A DNA stretch of 64,000 nucleotides from Rickettsiales bacterium (GTDB lineage Bacteria; Pseudomonadota; Alphaproteobacteria; Rs-D84): positions 4,227-68,226 of the forward strand of contig JAISKV010000004.1 of assembly GCA_031260805.1 (NCBI GenBank). The letters are read 5' to 3'. Below are positions 50,907 to 61,272 of the stretch, in pieces (the stretch's first letter is position 1; the number at the start of each line of letters is the position of its first letter). The position numbers and the translations under genes were made by a program. The notes under the pieces were generated by a model. That model ran no database searches. It was given only the letters and a program-made list of their open reading frames with translations, and was not told the origin of the DNA.

Positions 50907-52442
50907 ATGGAATTTCAGAATACAAATCTGCCGACAAATTTGGAAGCCGAACAGGCCGTCTTGGCCGCAATTCTGGTGAATAACCGCGCTTTGGAACGAT
51001 TGGACTTTCTGCGCCCCGAACACTTTACGCATCCGGCGCACATGGAAATTTACAAACTGGCATTGCGTCAATTCGCGGCCGGAATTCCTTTTGATTTAAT
51101 CACTGCTAAAAACTATTTGGAACAGGGCGGAACGCTGGAATCTGTCGGCGGCGTCAAGTATCTGGCCGATTTATCCGGCGCGGGGCTGGGCATCATGAAT
51201 GTTGAAGGGTACGGCCGGGTTATTTATGAAAACTTTATGCGGCGCGAACTGATATCGCTGGGCAAGGAAATTGCCGACAGCGCGTTTGTGGAAGATTTGG
51301 ACAATGGCATAGACAAACAGATTTCCAGTGCGGAAGCGAAATTGTTTGACCTGGGCACCAGCGGGACGATTGATCGCGGCGCTTCGTCAATGGGCGACGC
51401 GCTGCGCGCTGCATTGATCGAGGCTGAAATCGCGTATAAATCCGACGGCGGACTGTCCGGATTGACAACGGGGCTCCGCGATTTGGACAAGCAGATTGGC
51501 GGATTGCACAAATCGGACTTGGTAATTATCGCGGGCCGGCCGGCAATGGGGAAAACGACGGTTGCGATGAACATCGCGTTCAATGCCGCGCGCGAGATTT
51601 ATGAAAAACGCGCGAACAAGAATTTTACCGGCGCGGTCGTGTTTTTCAGTTTGGAAATGTCGGCGTCCCAGTTGGCGGGACGCATCCTGTCATCCACGAC
51701 TGAAATCCCTGGCGATGCAATGCGCAAGGGAACGATTAACGACACTGAATTCATGAAGATGTCCCAGGCGTCCGAATACTTGGCGAACATCCCGCTGTTT
51801 ATTGACGACACCCCTGGGATGAGTGTTTCAATGATGCGCACTCGTTCGCGGCGGCTGCATCGGAAACATGGCGGATTGGCCTTGATTGTTATTGACTATC
51901 TGCAATTGATGCAGTCGGACGGCGGGCGCAAGTCTGACAACCGCGTCCAGGAATTGTCTGAAATCACGCGAAAATTAAAAATGCTGGCCAAGGAATTGGA
52001 AGTCCCGGTAATCGCGCTGTCGCAACTTTCGCGAAATGTTGAATCCAAGGACCGCAGCGACAAGCGGCCGCAACTTTCCGATCTGCGCGATTCCGGATCC
52101 ATTGAACAGGACGCGGATATCGTAATGTTCACTTACCGTGAAGAATACTATTTGCAGGGGCGTGATCCGGCGGAAAAATTGGGCGGCCGCGGGGAACTGT
52201 CATTGGCCAAGGAACACGATACCTGGATTAAGCGATTGGCGGCGGCGCGTGGCAAGGGTGAACTTATCATCGGCAAGCAGCGCCATGGCCCCATCGGCAG
52301 CGTCTTGTTGCGGTACCAGGCGGAATACAGTTTGTTCAGCGATCTGAATATGGGGCCGGTTTATGATGCGCCTGGCGCAGCGCCCGCAGGCGCGTCCATT
52401 GCGCCGATTCCGGATATGGCCGATATCCCCGAAGATTTATAG
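50907..52442 (+). CDS. dnaB: Replicative DNA helicase DnaB
   Basis: N-terminus LEAEQAVLAAILVNN; Walker A GRPAMGKT; start trimmed to MEFQNT. Confidence 0.9.
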   Translation: MEFQNTNLPTNLEAEQAVLAAILVNNRALERLDFLRPEHFTHPAHMEIYKLALRQFAAGIPFDLITAKNYLEQGGTLESVGGVKYLADLSGAGLGIMNVEGYGRVIYENFMRRELISLGKEIADSAFVEDLDNGIDKQISSAEAKLFDLGTSGTIDRGASSMGDALRAALIEAEIAYKSDGGLSGLTTGLRDLDKQIGGLHKSDLVIIAGRPAMGKTTVAMNIAFNAAREIYEKRANKNFTGAVVFFSLEMSASQLAGRILSSTTEIPGDAMRKGTINDTEFMKMSQASEYLANIPLFIDDTPGMSVSMMRTRSRRLHRKHGGLALIVIDYLQLMQSDGGRKSDNRVQELSEITRKLKMLAKELEVPVIALSQLSRNVESKDRSDKRPQLSDLRDSGSIEQDADIVMFTYREEYYLQGRDPAEKLGGRGELSLAKEHDTWIKRLAAARGKGELIIGKQRHGPIGSVLLRYQAEYSLFSDLNMGPVYDAPGAAPAGASIAPIPDMADIPEDL

Positions 52443-52491
52443 CAAAATATTCTTATTTTTATAGCGCGCCGTAAATGCCAGAATTCAATCC

Positions 52492-53394
52492 ATGGAATGG
52501 GTGGTTTTAATTATCGGCCTGGCTGCAATGATACTGGGCTCGGACCAATTGGTGCGCGGCTGCGTCCGCTTTGCGCGCAGGGTTCAATTATCTGAATTTA
52601 TCACCAGCATCCTGATTATCGGAATCGGGACTTCGCTGCCGGAATTGGTTATCTCAATCTTGTCGTCGTTTCGCGGAATCGGCGGATTGGCTTTGTCAAA
52701 TACGATTGGATCAAATATCATAAATGTCTTGGGAATAATGGGGCTGGGCTTTGTGCTGCATGCAGTGCCGACGGATGCCCGCGCGCGGCGGCTGGATATC
52801 GCATTCGTCATGATTGCCGGCGTCGCGCTGGTTGTCATGATGATGACTGGGATTTTGGGACGGTTGGACGCGGCGATACTGTTTTCAATGTTTTTGATTT
52901 ATTCAGTCCTGGCGACGCGGCGGCCGGCGCGCAAACCCGAAGCGCACAAAATCCACGCATTAAAGATAGCGATTCCGATTGCAATCGGCGGATTGGCGTT
53001 GTATCTGGGCAGCAAGTATTTCATGGACGCGCTGACAGTTATAACGCGCAGCCTGCACATGGGCGATCGCTTGGCGGGGATTCTGATAACCGCGCCCGGG
53101 ACATCCGTTCCGGAATTGCTGGTTACGATTGTAGCCGCGATTCACAGGCGGCCCGGAATTGCGTTGGGGAACATTCTGGGCTCTAACTTGGCGAACATAT
53201 TGCTGGTCGTGGCGGCTGCGGCGGTAATCAGGCCGATAACGGTTTCGCCGGAATTGATGCGCCTGGACATCTGGGTTATGATTGCGTCAACAACAATGCT
53301 GTGCGCGCAATTGTGCGTCGCGAAAAAATTGGGGCGCAAAACAGGAATCTTGTACCTGCTGCTGCTGGCCGTGTATTTTTACTGGCTGATATAA
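52492..53394 (+). CDS. Ca2+/Na+ antiporter (CaCA family, YrbG-like)
   Basis: Two alpha-repeat GTSLPEL / GTSVPEL motifs. Confidence 0.75.
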   Translation: MEWVVLIIGLAAMILGSDQLVRGCVRFARRVQLSEFITSILIIGIGTSLPELVISILSSFRGIGGLALSNTIGSNIINVLGIMGLGFVLHAVPTDARARRLDIAFVMIAGVALVVMMMTGILGRLDAAILFSMFLIYSVLATRRPARKPEAHKIHALKIAIPIAIGGLALYLGSKYFMDALTVITRSLHMGDRLAGILITAPGTSVPELLVTIVAAIHRRPGIALGNILGSNLANILLVVAAAAVIRPITVSPELMRLDIWVMIASTTMLCAQLCVAKKLGRKTGILYLLLLAVYFYWLI

Positions 53395-53395
53395 A

Positions 53396-53420
53396 AAAAT
53401 CGGGCGATGCCCGATTTTTT
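53396..53420. terminator. Bidirectional rho-independent terminator
   Basis: aaaaaaatcgggcgatgcccgattttttt between convergent genes. Confidence 0.65.
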
Positions 53421-54052
53421 TATCTTGAATAGAATTCAATGACCAAGTGCGGCTGCATCGCGACCGGATACGGCACATCTTCAAACGCGGGAACGCGGAC
53501 GAATGTCGCGACAAAGTTCGCGCTGTCCACTTTCACATAATCCGGTGTCTGGCGTTCCGCGCTTTCCAGTGCCAAAACGACCAGCGGCATTTGCTTTGCC
53601 TTGTCCGAAATAGTGATTTCGTCGCCCGGCTTGACCTGATAACTGGCGATTTTCACCCGCTTGCCATTGACATTGACATGCCCGTGCGAAATCAATTGAC
53701 GCGATGAAAAGACAGTCGGCGCCAGTTTTGCGCGATAAATCACGGCGTCCAAGCGGCGTTCCAACAGACCGATCATGTTCTGCGGCGTATCGCCCTTCAT
53801 GTTCAGGGCTTCTTCATAATATTTGTGGAATTTCTTTTCGCCGATGTTGCCGTAATAGCCTTTCAGCGTTTGTTTCGCGCGCATTTGTTTCGCATAATCG
53901 GAAGAGTTTCCGCCACGCGCGGTCGGACCGTGCTGGCCCGGCTTGTACTTGCGTTTGTTGAACGGGGATTTTGCCTGGCCCCACAGGTTGACGCCCAGAC
54001 TGCGTCCGATTTTAAGTTTTTTTGTACTGCGCTTTGCGCCGAGTCTTGCCAT
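53420..54052 (-). CDS. rpsD: 30S ribosomal protein S4
   Basis: Conserved N-terminus and S4 domain. Confidence 0.9.
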   Translation of the reverse strand: MARLGAKRSTKKLKIGRSLGVNLWGQAKSPFNKRKYKPGQHGPTARGGNSSDYAKQMRAKQTLKGYYGNIGEKKFHKYYEEALNMKGDTPQNMIGLLERRLDAVIYRAKLAPTVFSSRQLISHGHVNVNGKRVKIASYQVKPGDEITISDKAKQMPLVVLALESAERQTPDYVKVDSANFVATFVRVPAFEDVPYPVAMQPHLVIEFYSR

Positions 54053-54217
54053 TTTGTTTTCCTTTGGTTATGCCGGTGTCTTTCAGAATCCTTATTAATG
54101 GCGTTAATCAGTTCTGGTTGACCAGCCGGGCAATTTTATACATATTTTTATGAAAACGCAAGTTTTTTCTTGCAAAACTGCGGCGGAATTTGTAATTTTG
54201 CGCAAAAGGAAGTAAAA

Positions 54218-55601
54218 ATGCTTGAATATTTAAGAAACGCGTCGGAAAAACCGCTGGCCAAAGTTTTGATGTTTTTGTTGATTTTCTCGTTCGTGGGCTG
54301 GGGCGTGGCCGATTGGATTCTGGGCCAGTCTGCATCTAACACGACCATCGTGAACGCGGGCGGGGCAAAAATTGAAATCGCGCAGTTCGAAGCGGTGCGC
54401 AGCCGCGCCATCGGCGAACTTACCCGCGCCCAGCAGAAAGAACTGTACGCGGACAAATACGCCCAAGCCCGGTTAAACCGCCAGATTTTATCTGAATTGG
54501 TCAGCCGGACTCTGCTGGACAACCGCGGGGCGGACTTGAAATACACTGTGTCAAATGCGGCGCTGGCCGGGATAATCCGCACTAATCCGCTGTTTATGGA
54601 AAATGGAAAGTTCAGCGCGCAGAAATTTGACTATGCGCTGATGCAAAGCGGCATGACCGAAGCGCAGTACTCGGCCAGCCTGCGCGACCAGGCCATCCGC
54701 GCGCTGGTGGTTTCCGGATTCGTCGCGAAAATGCCGGCTGCAAAATTCACTGAACAGTCCTTGTACAACGGGCGCAACCTGCAAAAGAAAATATCGTATG
54801 CGACTGTGAAGTTCGCGGATTTCAATGCGGCGAATCCGACGGATAAACAACTGGCCGAACTGCACGCGCAAAATCCTATACGGGTTCCGGAAAGCCGGGT
54901 TGTGAACTATGTCTTGCTGGAAGTCAAAATGGATGTGCCGGACGCGTACGACCGCGGCTATAAAACCGCCATCGCGATGGAAGACATGATTGTCAGCGGG
55001 GAAAGCATGAGGGCCGCTAGCGATAAAAGCCATGCAAAATTCGTATCCGTAAAACTGACAGCCGGACAGCCGGCCGCGGATGCTGTTCTGGCCGGCCGCG
55101 ATGCGGAAATCTTTGCGATGGACAGCGGGGTTGAATCCGAAATTATTGAAACCAGTCGCGGGTTTGCAATCATCCGCGTGGAATCAGTCGCGCCGCAGCA
55201 TAACGCGGAATTGTCGGCCGTGCGCGGCGATCTGGCCAAAATCTGGAAAATGAACGAGCAGAAAAAGCAGGCGTACCTGCGCGCGAATGAATTGCTGAAC
55301 GCAAAGAAATTCGGGACCGCCGCGACAGTGTCGCGCGCGGGCGGCGCGCCGCTGGAAGTCTTGAACGCGGCGTTTGCGAACGGGGCAGGGACCCAGACCA
55401 TAGTGCCGGGTGCGAGCGCGTTTTTCGTTCTGAATATTGAATCTGAAATCGTGCCGAAAACGGACGCGGCGAAGTTGGACGCGCTGCGGGGCGAAGCGCA
55501 AAAAATGCTGAACCTGAATCTGACCGAAGATTATACGGCATGGCTGAATCGTCAGTACAAAACGAAAGTAAATCAGAAATTGTATAACCGAATTTTCGGG
55601 G

Positions 55602-55606
<5 letters not shown>
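54218..55606 (+). CDS. ppiD: Periplasmic chaperone / peptidyl-prolyl isomerase PpiD-like
   Basis: N-terminal TM anchor, SurA-N-like domain and parvulin-like region; start at MLEYLRN after an RBS. Confidence 0.6.
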
Positions 55607-55688
<82 letters not shown>

Positions 55689-55781
55689 GCCCCACCAATA
55701 ATTCCCATCCTGTGGAGGGGTGGAAATTTTGCAAAGCAAAATTGACGGGGAGGGTTTAATAGTTCCGAAATCGTCCGCAGT

Positions 55782-56096
55782 ATGTTAAAAAAATCAGCAA
55801 TATTTTCACTGTCCGGGATTATGATGGTTCTGCCGCATTTGTTTTGCTGCGTTTTGCCCGCGGTTCTGGCCGTCATCGGCGCGGCATCGCCGGCAGCGAT
55901 TGAAATTATCCCGCACAGGGCCGAGATATGGCTGCTGGCATTTTCCGGAATTTTTCTGGCAATCAGTTTTTATATTTTATACTTCAACGATTGTCCTTGC
56001 GGAAATCACGGTCATCGGTGGCAGAAGTTATTGCTGTGGATTTCTATAATCATTTATGCTGGCGGTCTGTGCCACTTTCTGTTCGGCGGGCATTGA
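55782..56096 (+). CDS. Small membrane protein with Cys pairs
   Basis: Three hydrophobic helices; motifs LFCCVLP and CPCGNHGH. Confidence 0.4.
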   Translation: MLKKSAIFSLSGIMMVLPHLFCCVLPAVLAVIGAASPAAIEIIPHRAEIWLLAFSGIFLAISFYILYFNDCPCGNHGHRWQKLLLWISIIIYAGGLCHFLFGGH

Positions 56097-56723
56097 TTTC
56101 GGCGCATTCGCAACAACAGGCGCGATGCGCAATTCAATTCTGCGATTCATCTTCCGTCCAATGATTTCCTGGCCTGCAATCGGTTTGTCGCTGCCGCGGC
56201 CGACGATAAACAGCCGCTGGGCCGCCACAGAGTTTTTAACAAGGAATATTCCCGCGCGCTGCGCCATGTCCGTGGTCATCAGGCCGGCCGCGGTCTTGTC
56301 CCGCATCGCATCGGCATATCCTGAAATCTCAATCATCGTGTCGTTGTATTTTTTCAGGATTTTTGCGACCGCGCCCAGCGTCCTTTCCCCATTTTCAGAA
56401 ATTTCCGCCGCGTCAGTGTACATGAAGGCATCGCGCACGATTAAAACGATTACTTCGGTTCCGACGCGCTGGACGCTGACGCCGCTGACGCGCAGCGCGT
56501 CGTACAATTCGTTTTCCAGAATTACGGCGCGGGCGCGGGCGTCGCCGCTGAATATTTTTCCGCCCGCGCCCAGATAAACAGGCCGCGTCGCAACCTGCAT
56601 TTCCGGGGTCATATCGGTGAAATTCGCGCCACTTAAAACAGTTCCCCATTCGGCGCGCGGCGGCGTTTCATATTTCGCGCACGCGCAGAGAAAAAATAAG
56701 AAAGAATAAAGAATAAATTTCAT
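56028..56723 (-). CDS. OmpA-family lipoprotein (peptidoglycan-associated)
   Basis: FFLCACA lipobox; C-terminal OmpA-like domain NRRIELRI. Confidence 0.65.
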   Translation of the reverse strand: MKFILYSFLFFLCACAKYETPPRAEWGTVLSGANFTDMTPEMQVATRPVYLGAGGKIFSGDARARAVILENELYDALRVSGVSVQRVGTEVIVLIVRDAFMYTDAAEISENGERTLGAVAKILKKYNDTMIEISGYADAMRDKTAAGLMTTDMAQRAGIFLVKNSVAAQRLFIVGRGSDKPIAGQEIIGRKMNRRIELRIAPVVANAPKSMPAEQKVAQTASINDYRNPQQ

Positions 56724-57199
56724 TGCGCGATGAATGTCAACTGGTTCGGTCCATCCTGGCAGTGATTGTCGCCGCTGTCGCCGGTATAGCCGTTGATTAC
56801 GGTTTGCGCGACGCCGTCAATTTTCTTTATCGCCCAAAAAGAGCAGTCGCCGTAATTCATGTTTGCAAAGTTTACTGCAAACGCGATATTCCCGCTCATC
56901 GGCGAAACAGACCACTCTGTGTTTTTTACCGGGCTGGCTGAATTCCGCAACGCCCCGGCATTCACCAGATAATCAACGGATATGTTTTTATAGTCCCCGC
57001 CGCCGCGGAACAAGACGCGCGCATTGGTTATTGTTTCGGAAATTTGCGCGGCGGCGGTCGTTCGCGCGATGCGCGTGCGGACAGTGTTGTAAACTGCGAT
57101 TGTCCCGGCCAATAAAATTCCGGCAATCGCCAGATATCCGATTGTTTCCATCAGGCTGCGCCCGGATTCTGTGTGTGATTCTTTCATCTTTCTCTCCAT
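56720..57199 (-). CDS. Type IV pilin / pseudopilin-like protein
   Basis: N-terminus GRSLMETIGYLAIAGILLAGTIAVY with Glu at +5; atypical residue at +1. Confidence 0.5.
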   Translation of the reverse strand: MERKMKESHTESGRSLMETIGYLAIAGILLAGTIAVYNTVRTRIARTTAAAQISETITNARVLFRGGGDYKNISVDYLVNAGALRNSASPVKNTEWSVSPMSGNIAFAVNFANMNYGDCSFWAIKKIDGVAQTVINGYTGDSGDNHCQDGPNQLTFIAQ

Positions 57200-57264
57200 T
57201 ATAAACTCGTTAATATTTAATTAAAGCCGCCCATTCGGGCGGCACCCCTCCAAAGGAGGGGAAC

Positions 57265-58764
57265 TTAAATTATTGTTGCGCCGAAAAGGTCTATTGCGGC
57301 CGCGACCGCAGGATCGCTGGCGATTTCGGCCCTTTTTTCTTCTGCAATCGTCGGCTTGTTCTGCGATTCAACAGCGGTTAAAATCCAGTCGCGGCCGGTT
57401 TTATCGCGCAGGAATTTTTTAAGGCGCGCCATGAATTCCGCATCGTTCTTGCGATCGCAGTACCTGATATTCCCATCTGAAAATTCCATTATTTCCAGAT
57501 TGTTGTTCCAATGCGACAACAGCATCAATTCTTTGTCTTCTTGCAACGCCGCCGTCAGATTTTCGGCGGTTGAAATTCCATTTGGTTCTTTTATTTCCAC
57601 TTTCAACTTTTCATTTTTCACTTTGTCCTGCGCCAGCAAGACAGAAAAATCCGGGATTTCCGCAATGTTTATCAGGCGCACGACCAGCATGTCAAAAGCC
57701 TGCTTTTGATTTCCGGCCGTCTGGATTTCCAAAGTGCTGGACACCATGACCTGCCACAATCGGGACAGAGTATTCAGTGAAACGGTCTTTAAGATTGCAG
57801 CAATCTGTTCCCGTCCGTCCGCGGTGTACGGCGTGTTCTGCGAATTGTCCATGCGCAGCGCCGGATGCATTCGCGTCGCCCAGTGCGTCCATTCCATGAT
57901 GTCGGTCAGCAGCAGGGCCATGTCAGCGCCGCTGTTGTACAGTTCGTCGGTTTTGGTCAGCGCCGCCGCCGTGTCGCCGGACAAAATTGTTTTCATAAAA
58001 TCCAGAACCACAGCGCGATCGGCGCGTTTCAGCATTCCCAGCACGGCGGCTTCGTCAACATGGCCGCCCGTCTGCGCGATTGCCTGGTCCAGCAGGCTTA
58101 ATCCGTCGCGAACCGACCCGTCCGCCGCGCGCGCGATTAATTCGTCTGCGGCGTCGGACAGTTCAACCTGTTCCGAATCCGCAATCATCGCGAAATGCTT
58201 TTTAAGAGTTTCCACCGGCACGCGCGCCAAATCAAACCGCTGGCACCGAGATAAAATCGTGACAGGCACTTTGCGGATTTCGGTCGTCGCCAGGATAAAG
58301 ACCACATGGGCGGGCGGTTCTTCCAGCGTTTTCAGCAGCGCGTTGAACGCGCCCGTGGACAGCATGTGAACTTCGTCGATGATGTAAACTTTGTACCGGC
58401 CGTTTGTCGGGCGGTATCCTGCGGATTCCAGCATGTCGCGCATGTTGTCAACGCCCGTGTGCGATGCGGCGTCAATTTCAATAACATCAATGTGCTGGCC
58501 CGCGGCGATTGCACGGCAGTTGTCGCATGTCCCGCACGGCGTCGCGGTCGCGCGGTCTGATGACAAACAGTTCAATGCCTTGGCCAGAATTCGCGCGGTG
58601 GATGTCTTGCCGGTTCCGCGAATGCCGGTCAGCATGTACGCATGCGCGATGCGGTCGGTTTTTATCGCAGTGGTCAGCGTCTTGACCAAAACATCCTGAC
58701 CGATTAAAGACTCAAAATTCTGACTTCTGTATTTCCGTGCCAGAACAGTGTAATTCTCACTCAT
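57265..58764 (-). CDS. dnaX: DNA polymerase III subunit gamma/tau
   Basis: GIRGTGKTS P-loop; Zn-binding CxxC cluster; clamp-loader motifs. Confidence 0.9.
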   Translation of the reverse strand: MSENYTVLARKYRSQNFESLIGQDVLVKTLTTAIKTDRIAHAYMLTGIRGTGKTSTARILAKALNCLSSDRATATPCGTCDNCRAIAAGQHIDVIEIDAASHTGVDNMRDMLESAGYRPTNGRYKVYIIDEVHMLSTGAFNALLKTLEEPPAHVVFILATTEIRKVPVTILSRCQRFDLARVPVETLKKHFAMIADSEQVELSDAADELIARAADGSVRDGLSLLDQAIAQTGGHVDEAAVLGMLKRADRAVVLDFMKTILSGDTAAALTKTDELYNSGADMALLLTDIMEWTHWATRMHPALRMDNSQNTPYTADGREQIAAILKTVSLNTLSRLWQVMVSSTLEIQTAGNQKQAFDMLVVRLINIAEIPDFSVLLAQDKVKNEKLKVEIKEPNGISTAENLTAALQEDKELMLLSHWNNNLEIMEFSDGNIRYCDRKNDAEFMARLKKFLRDKTGRDWILTAVESQNKPTIAEEKRAEIASDPAVAAAIDLFGATII

Positions 58765-58774
58765 TTCGTACTCG

Positions 58775-59140
58775 TTACTCGTTATTCGGACTCGGGACTC
58801 GTGGTTTAATCATGCCACTCAGCATTTGTCCGATGTCATTAGTTTGTTTTATTAAATTACTTGCGATTTCACGATCCATAAACCCCAAGTCTCGCGCAAG
58901 TATTATATGATATTTTAATTCAGATGCAGAACCACGGGATATTCCTATGAATTGAATTCTCTCATTTATCGTTCGTCTTGCGCCGCCTTCCATCAAATTA
59001 GCGTTTATTGATGATGCGGATCTTCGCATCTGCGATACAAGTCCGTATAATTCGCTTCTTGGAAATGACTCGGTTAATTTATAAATGCTTAAAGTTAATG
59101 CATGTGCTTTCTTATAAACATCTAATTCTTCGGTAAACAT
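58775..59140 (-). CDS. Four-helix-bundle protein (23S rRNA intervening-sequence protein family)
   Basis: Family-typical N-terminus LDVYKKAHALTLSIYKLTESFP. Confidence 0.6.
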   Translation of the reverse strand: MFTEELDVYKKAHALTLSIYKLTESFPRSELYGLVSQMRRSASSINANLMEGGARRTINERIQFIGISRGSASELKYHIILARDLGFMDREIASNLIKQTNDIGQMLSGMIKPRVPSPNNE

Positions 59141-59150
59141 TTTTGCACCA

Positions 59151-60713
59151 TTATTTACGAGTCCCGAGTACGAGTCCCGAATTACGCTTAATCACCTGCA
59201 TCTGTAAAATTCCGAACAAGTTTGACACAGTCCAGTACAGGACCAGTCCAGCCGGCATCCATGCGAACATAATCGTGAATATGAACGGCATGTACTTCAT
59301 AGCCTTGCCCATCGGATTCGTGCTGTCGGATTGGGATGCGGATTGCAACCTTTGCTGCCACCACATGGTCGCGCCCATCAGTATCGGCAGGATAAAGTAC
59401 GGGTCCTTGACCGCCAGATCCGTCATCCATAAAAAGTCAGCCGCGCGCATCGGAACGCTGATTAGCAACGCCTTGTACAGCGCAAAGAAAATCGGAATCT
59501 GCAACAGCATCGGCAGACATCCGCCCATCGGGGATACCTTGTTCGTCTGGTACAGTTTCAGCATTTCCTGCTGCTGGCGGATTTTATCGTTAGCGTACAA
59601 TTTCTGGATGCGTTGCATTTCCGGCTGGATCTTCTGCATCGCCGCCATGGAAGAAAAACTTTTGCGCGTCAGCGGCCACATGATGATGCGCAGCAGAATC
59701 GTAAACAGAATAATCGCGATTCCATAGTTCGCGACGAACACGGCCAGATAATTTATTGACCATAAAAACGGCCGCGCCAAGAAACCGAACCATCCGTAAT
59801 CAATCGTGCGCGTGATGCCAGAAATCGCGGCCGCCGCGGTTTTCAGATCGCTTTGATTTTTCGGTCCGGCATAGATTGTGGTTGTGAACTCGCGCGTGCC
59901 GCCCGCAGGAATTGCGACAGAGTTCGCGGTTGTGTCGGTTTGGTATCTGGAAAATTCATTCAGCCGCATGCGCACGGTTTGATCGTTTCCGGAAACCGCC
60001 GCGATTGTTTCCCAGTACTGGTCTTCAAACCCTATGAATCCGCTGCGCGTGGACCATGCGTATGACCGCTTGTCCAGGTCATCCCAGTCCTGGCGCGTGA
60101 TGCTGTCCGCAATCAGCGCGATTCCGCCGGTCGCGACGCCCATGGTTGACTCAGTATTCTTGGCGCGGACAACGCGCGCGGTTGGCGCGACGGATATGTC
60201 GCGGCGCGACTTGTTCACGACGGTGTCGCGGACGGTTATCACATATCCGGAAATATCGTGCGAGCGGTTGAATTCAACGCCGTCGCTGTTGCGCCAAGAC
60301 ATCAGATTTCCGGCCGCATTGCGTGATTGCTTCCACAGCGTCGTCGCAATCGGCGCGGTCGTTCCGTTCGCGGTCAGACCGACTTCTATAAATTCATTTT
60401 CGCCGCCCAGCAGTTTTTCGCCGTACTGTTTCAGTGCGATATCGCTGATGCGCAGCCCTTGCAAATGAAAGTCAATATTTTCAGCATCAACGCGCGCCGC
60501 CGGAACATTGGACACATCCGCCGCGATTTCCGCGCGCAGATTTGTCATTGGCGCGGGCTGCTTTTTCGGCGTTAAAAATAATGACGCAGCGAACCATGCC
60601 GCGCAGATTATCACCAGCCAGCCAAAGAATCCGATGCCTTTTTTCTGCGCCGCTTCCTGTTTGGATTGAAATTGTCCGAATCCGCTTACCTTGTTATCAA
60701 TGTATTTCACCAT
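59151..60713 (-). CDS. yidC: Membrane protein insertase YidC
   Basis: Large periplasmic domain then conserved TM core. Confidence 0.85.
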   Translation of the reverse strand: MVKYIDNKVSGFGQFQSKQEAAQKKGIGFFGWLVIICAAWFAASLFLTPKKQPAPMTNLRAEIAADVSNVPAARVDAENIDFHLQGLRISDIALKQYGEKLLGGENEFIEVGLTANGTTAPIATTLWKQSRNAAGNLMSWRNSDGVEFNRSHDISGYVITVRDTVVNKSRRDISVAPTARVVRAKNTESTMGVATGGIALIADSITRQDWDDLDKRSYAWSTRSGFIGFEDQYWETIAAVSGNDQTVRMRLNEFSRYQTDTTANSVAIPAGGTREFTTTIYAGPKNQSDLKTAAAAISGITRTIDYGWFGFLARPFLWSINYLAVFVANYGIAIILFTILLRIIMWPLTRKSFSSMAAMQKIQPEMQRIQKLYANDKIRQQQEMLKLYQTNKVSPMGGCLPMLLQIPIFFALYKALLISVPMRAADFLWMTDLAVKDPYFILPILMGATMWWQQRLQSASQSDSTNPMGKAMKYMPFIFTIMFAWMPAGLVLYWTVSNLFGILQMQVIKRNSGLVLGTRK

Positions 60714-61216
60714 TATTTTTTGTTCCTTTGTATAATCCAGCTTAAAATATAAACCGCGACGCCGGCGCAGATGAAAACATCGGCCAGGTTAAATGCGGGC
60801 CAATGCCAGTCGCCAATGTGCCAGTCAATGAAATCCGCCACCGCGCCAAAGCGCAACCGGTCTATCAAGTTCCCCAACGCCCCGCCGACAATCAATGCCA
60901 GCGCGTACTTTTCAGTTGTCTTGCTTGCGCGGAAAATCAACTGGTGCAATAAAAATAGAATAATCAATCCCGTCAGAACCACAATGATAATCGGCGCGGA
61001 TTCGCCCAGATTTCTGAATAATGAAAACGAAGTCCCCGGATTCCATGTGAAAACCAAGTTAAACCAATCGGTTATCCGCGCAATCATGTACGGGTAAGGC
61101 AAAATCTGAAATGCGTCCCCGGTTAATGGCACGGTCCCGGTCAGCATATATACAAGGCCGCTTTTGGTCAGGGCATCCAACAAAACCGCAATAATTGCGA
61201 TAATTATAAATCTCAT
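60713..61216 (-). CDS. lspA: Lipoprotein signal peptidase
   Basis: Conserved Asp-containing motifs; start at ATG after an aaagga RBS. Confidence 0.8.
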   Translation of the reverse strand: MRFIIIAIIAVLLDALTKSGLVYMLTGTVPLTGDAFQILPYPYMIARITDWFNLVFTWNPGTSFSLFRNLGESAPIIIVVLTGLIILFLLHQLIFRASKTTEKYALALIVGGALGNLIDRLRFGAVADFIDWHIGDWHWPAFNLADVFICAGVAVYILSWIIQRNKK

Positions 61217-61272
61217 CTTGCATTCCTTTGGCAACTATAATAAACTTTTTACGAATAAAGTAAAGGAAGAAA

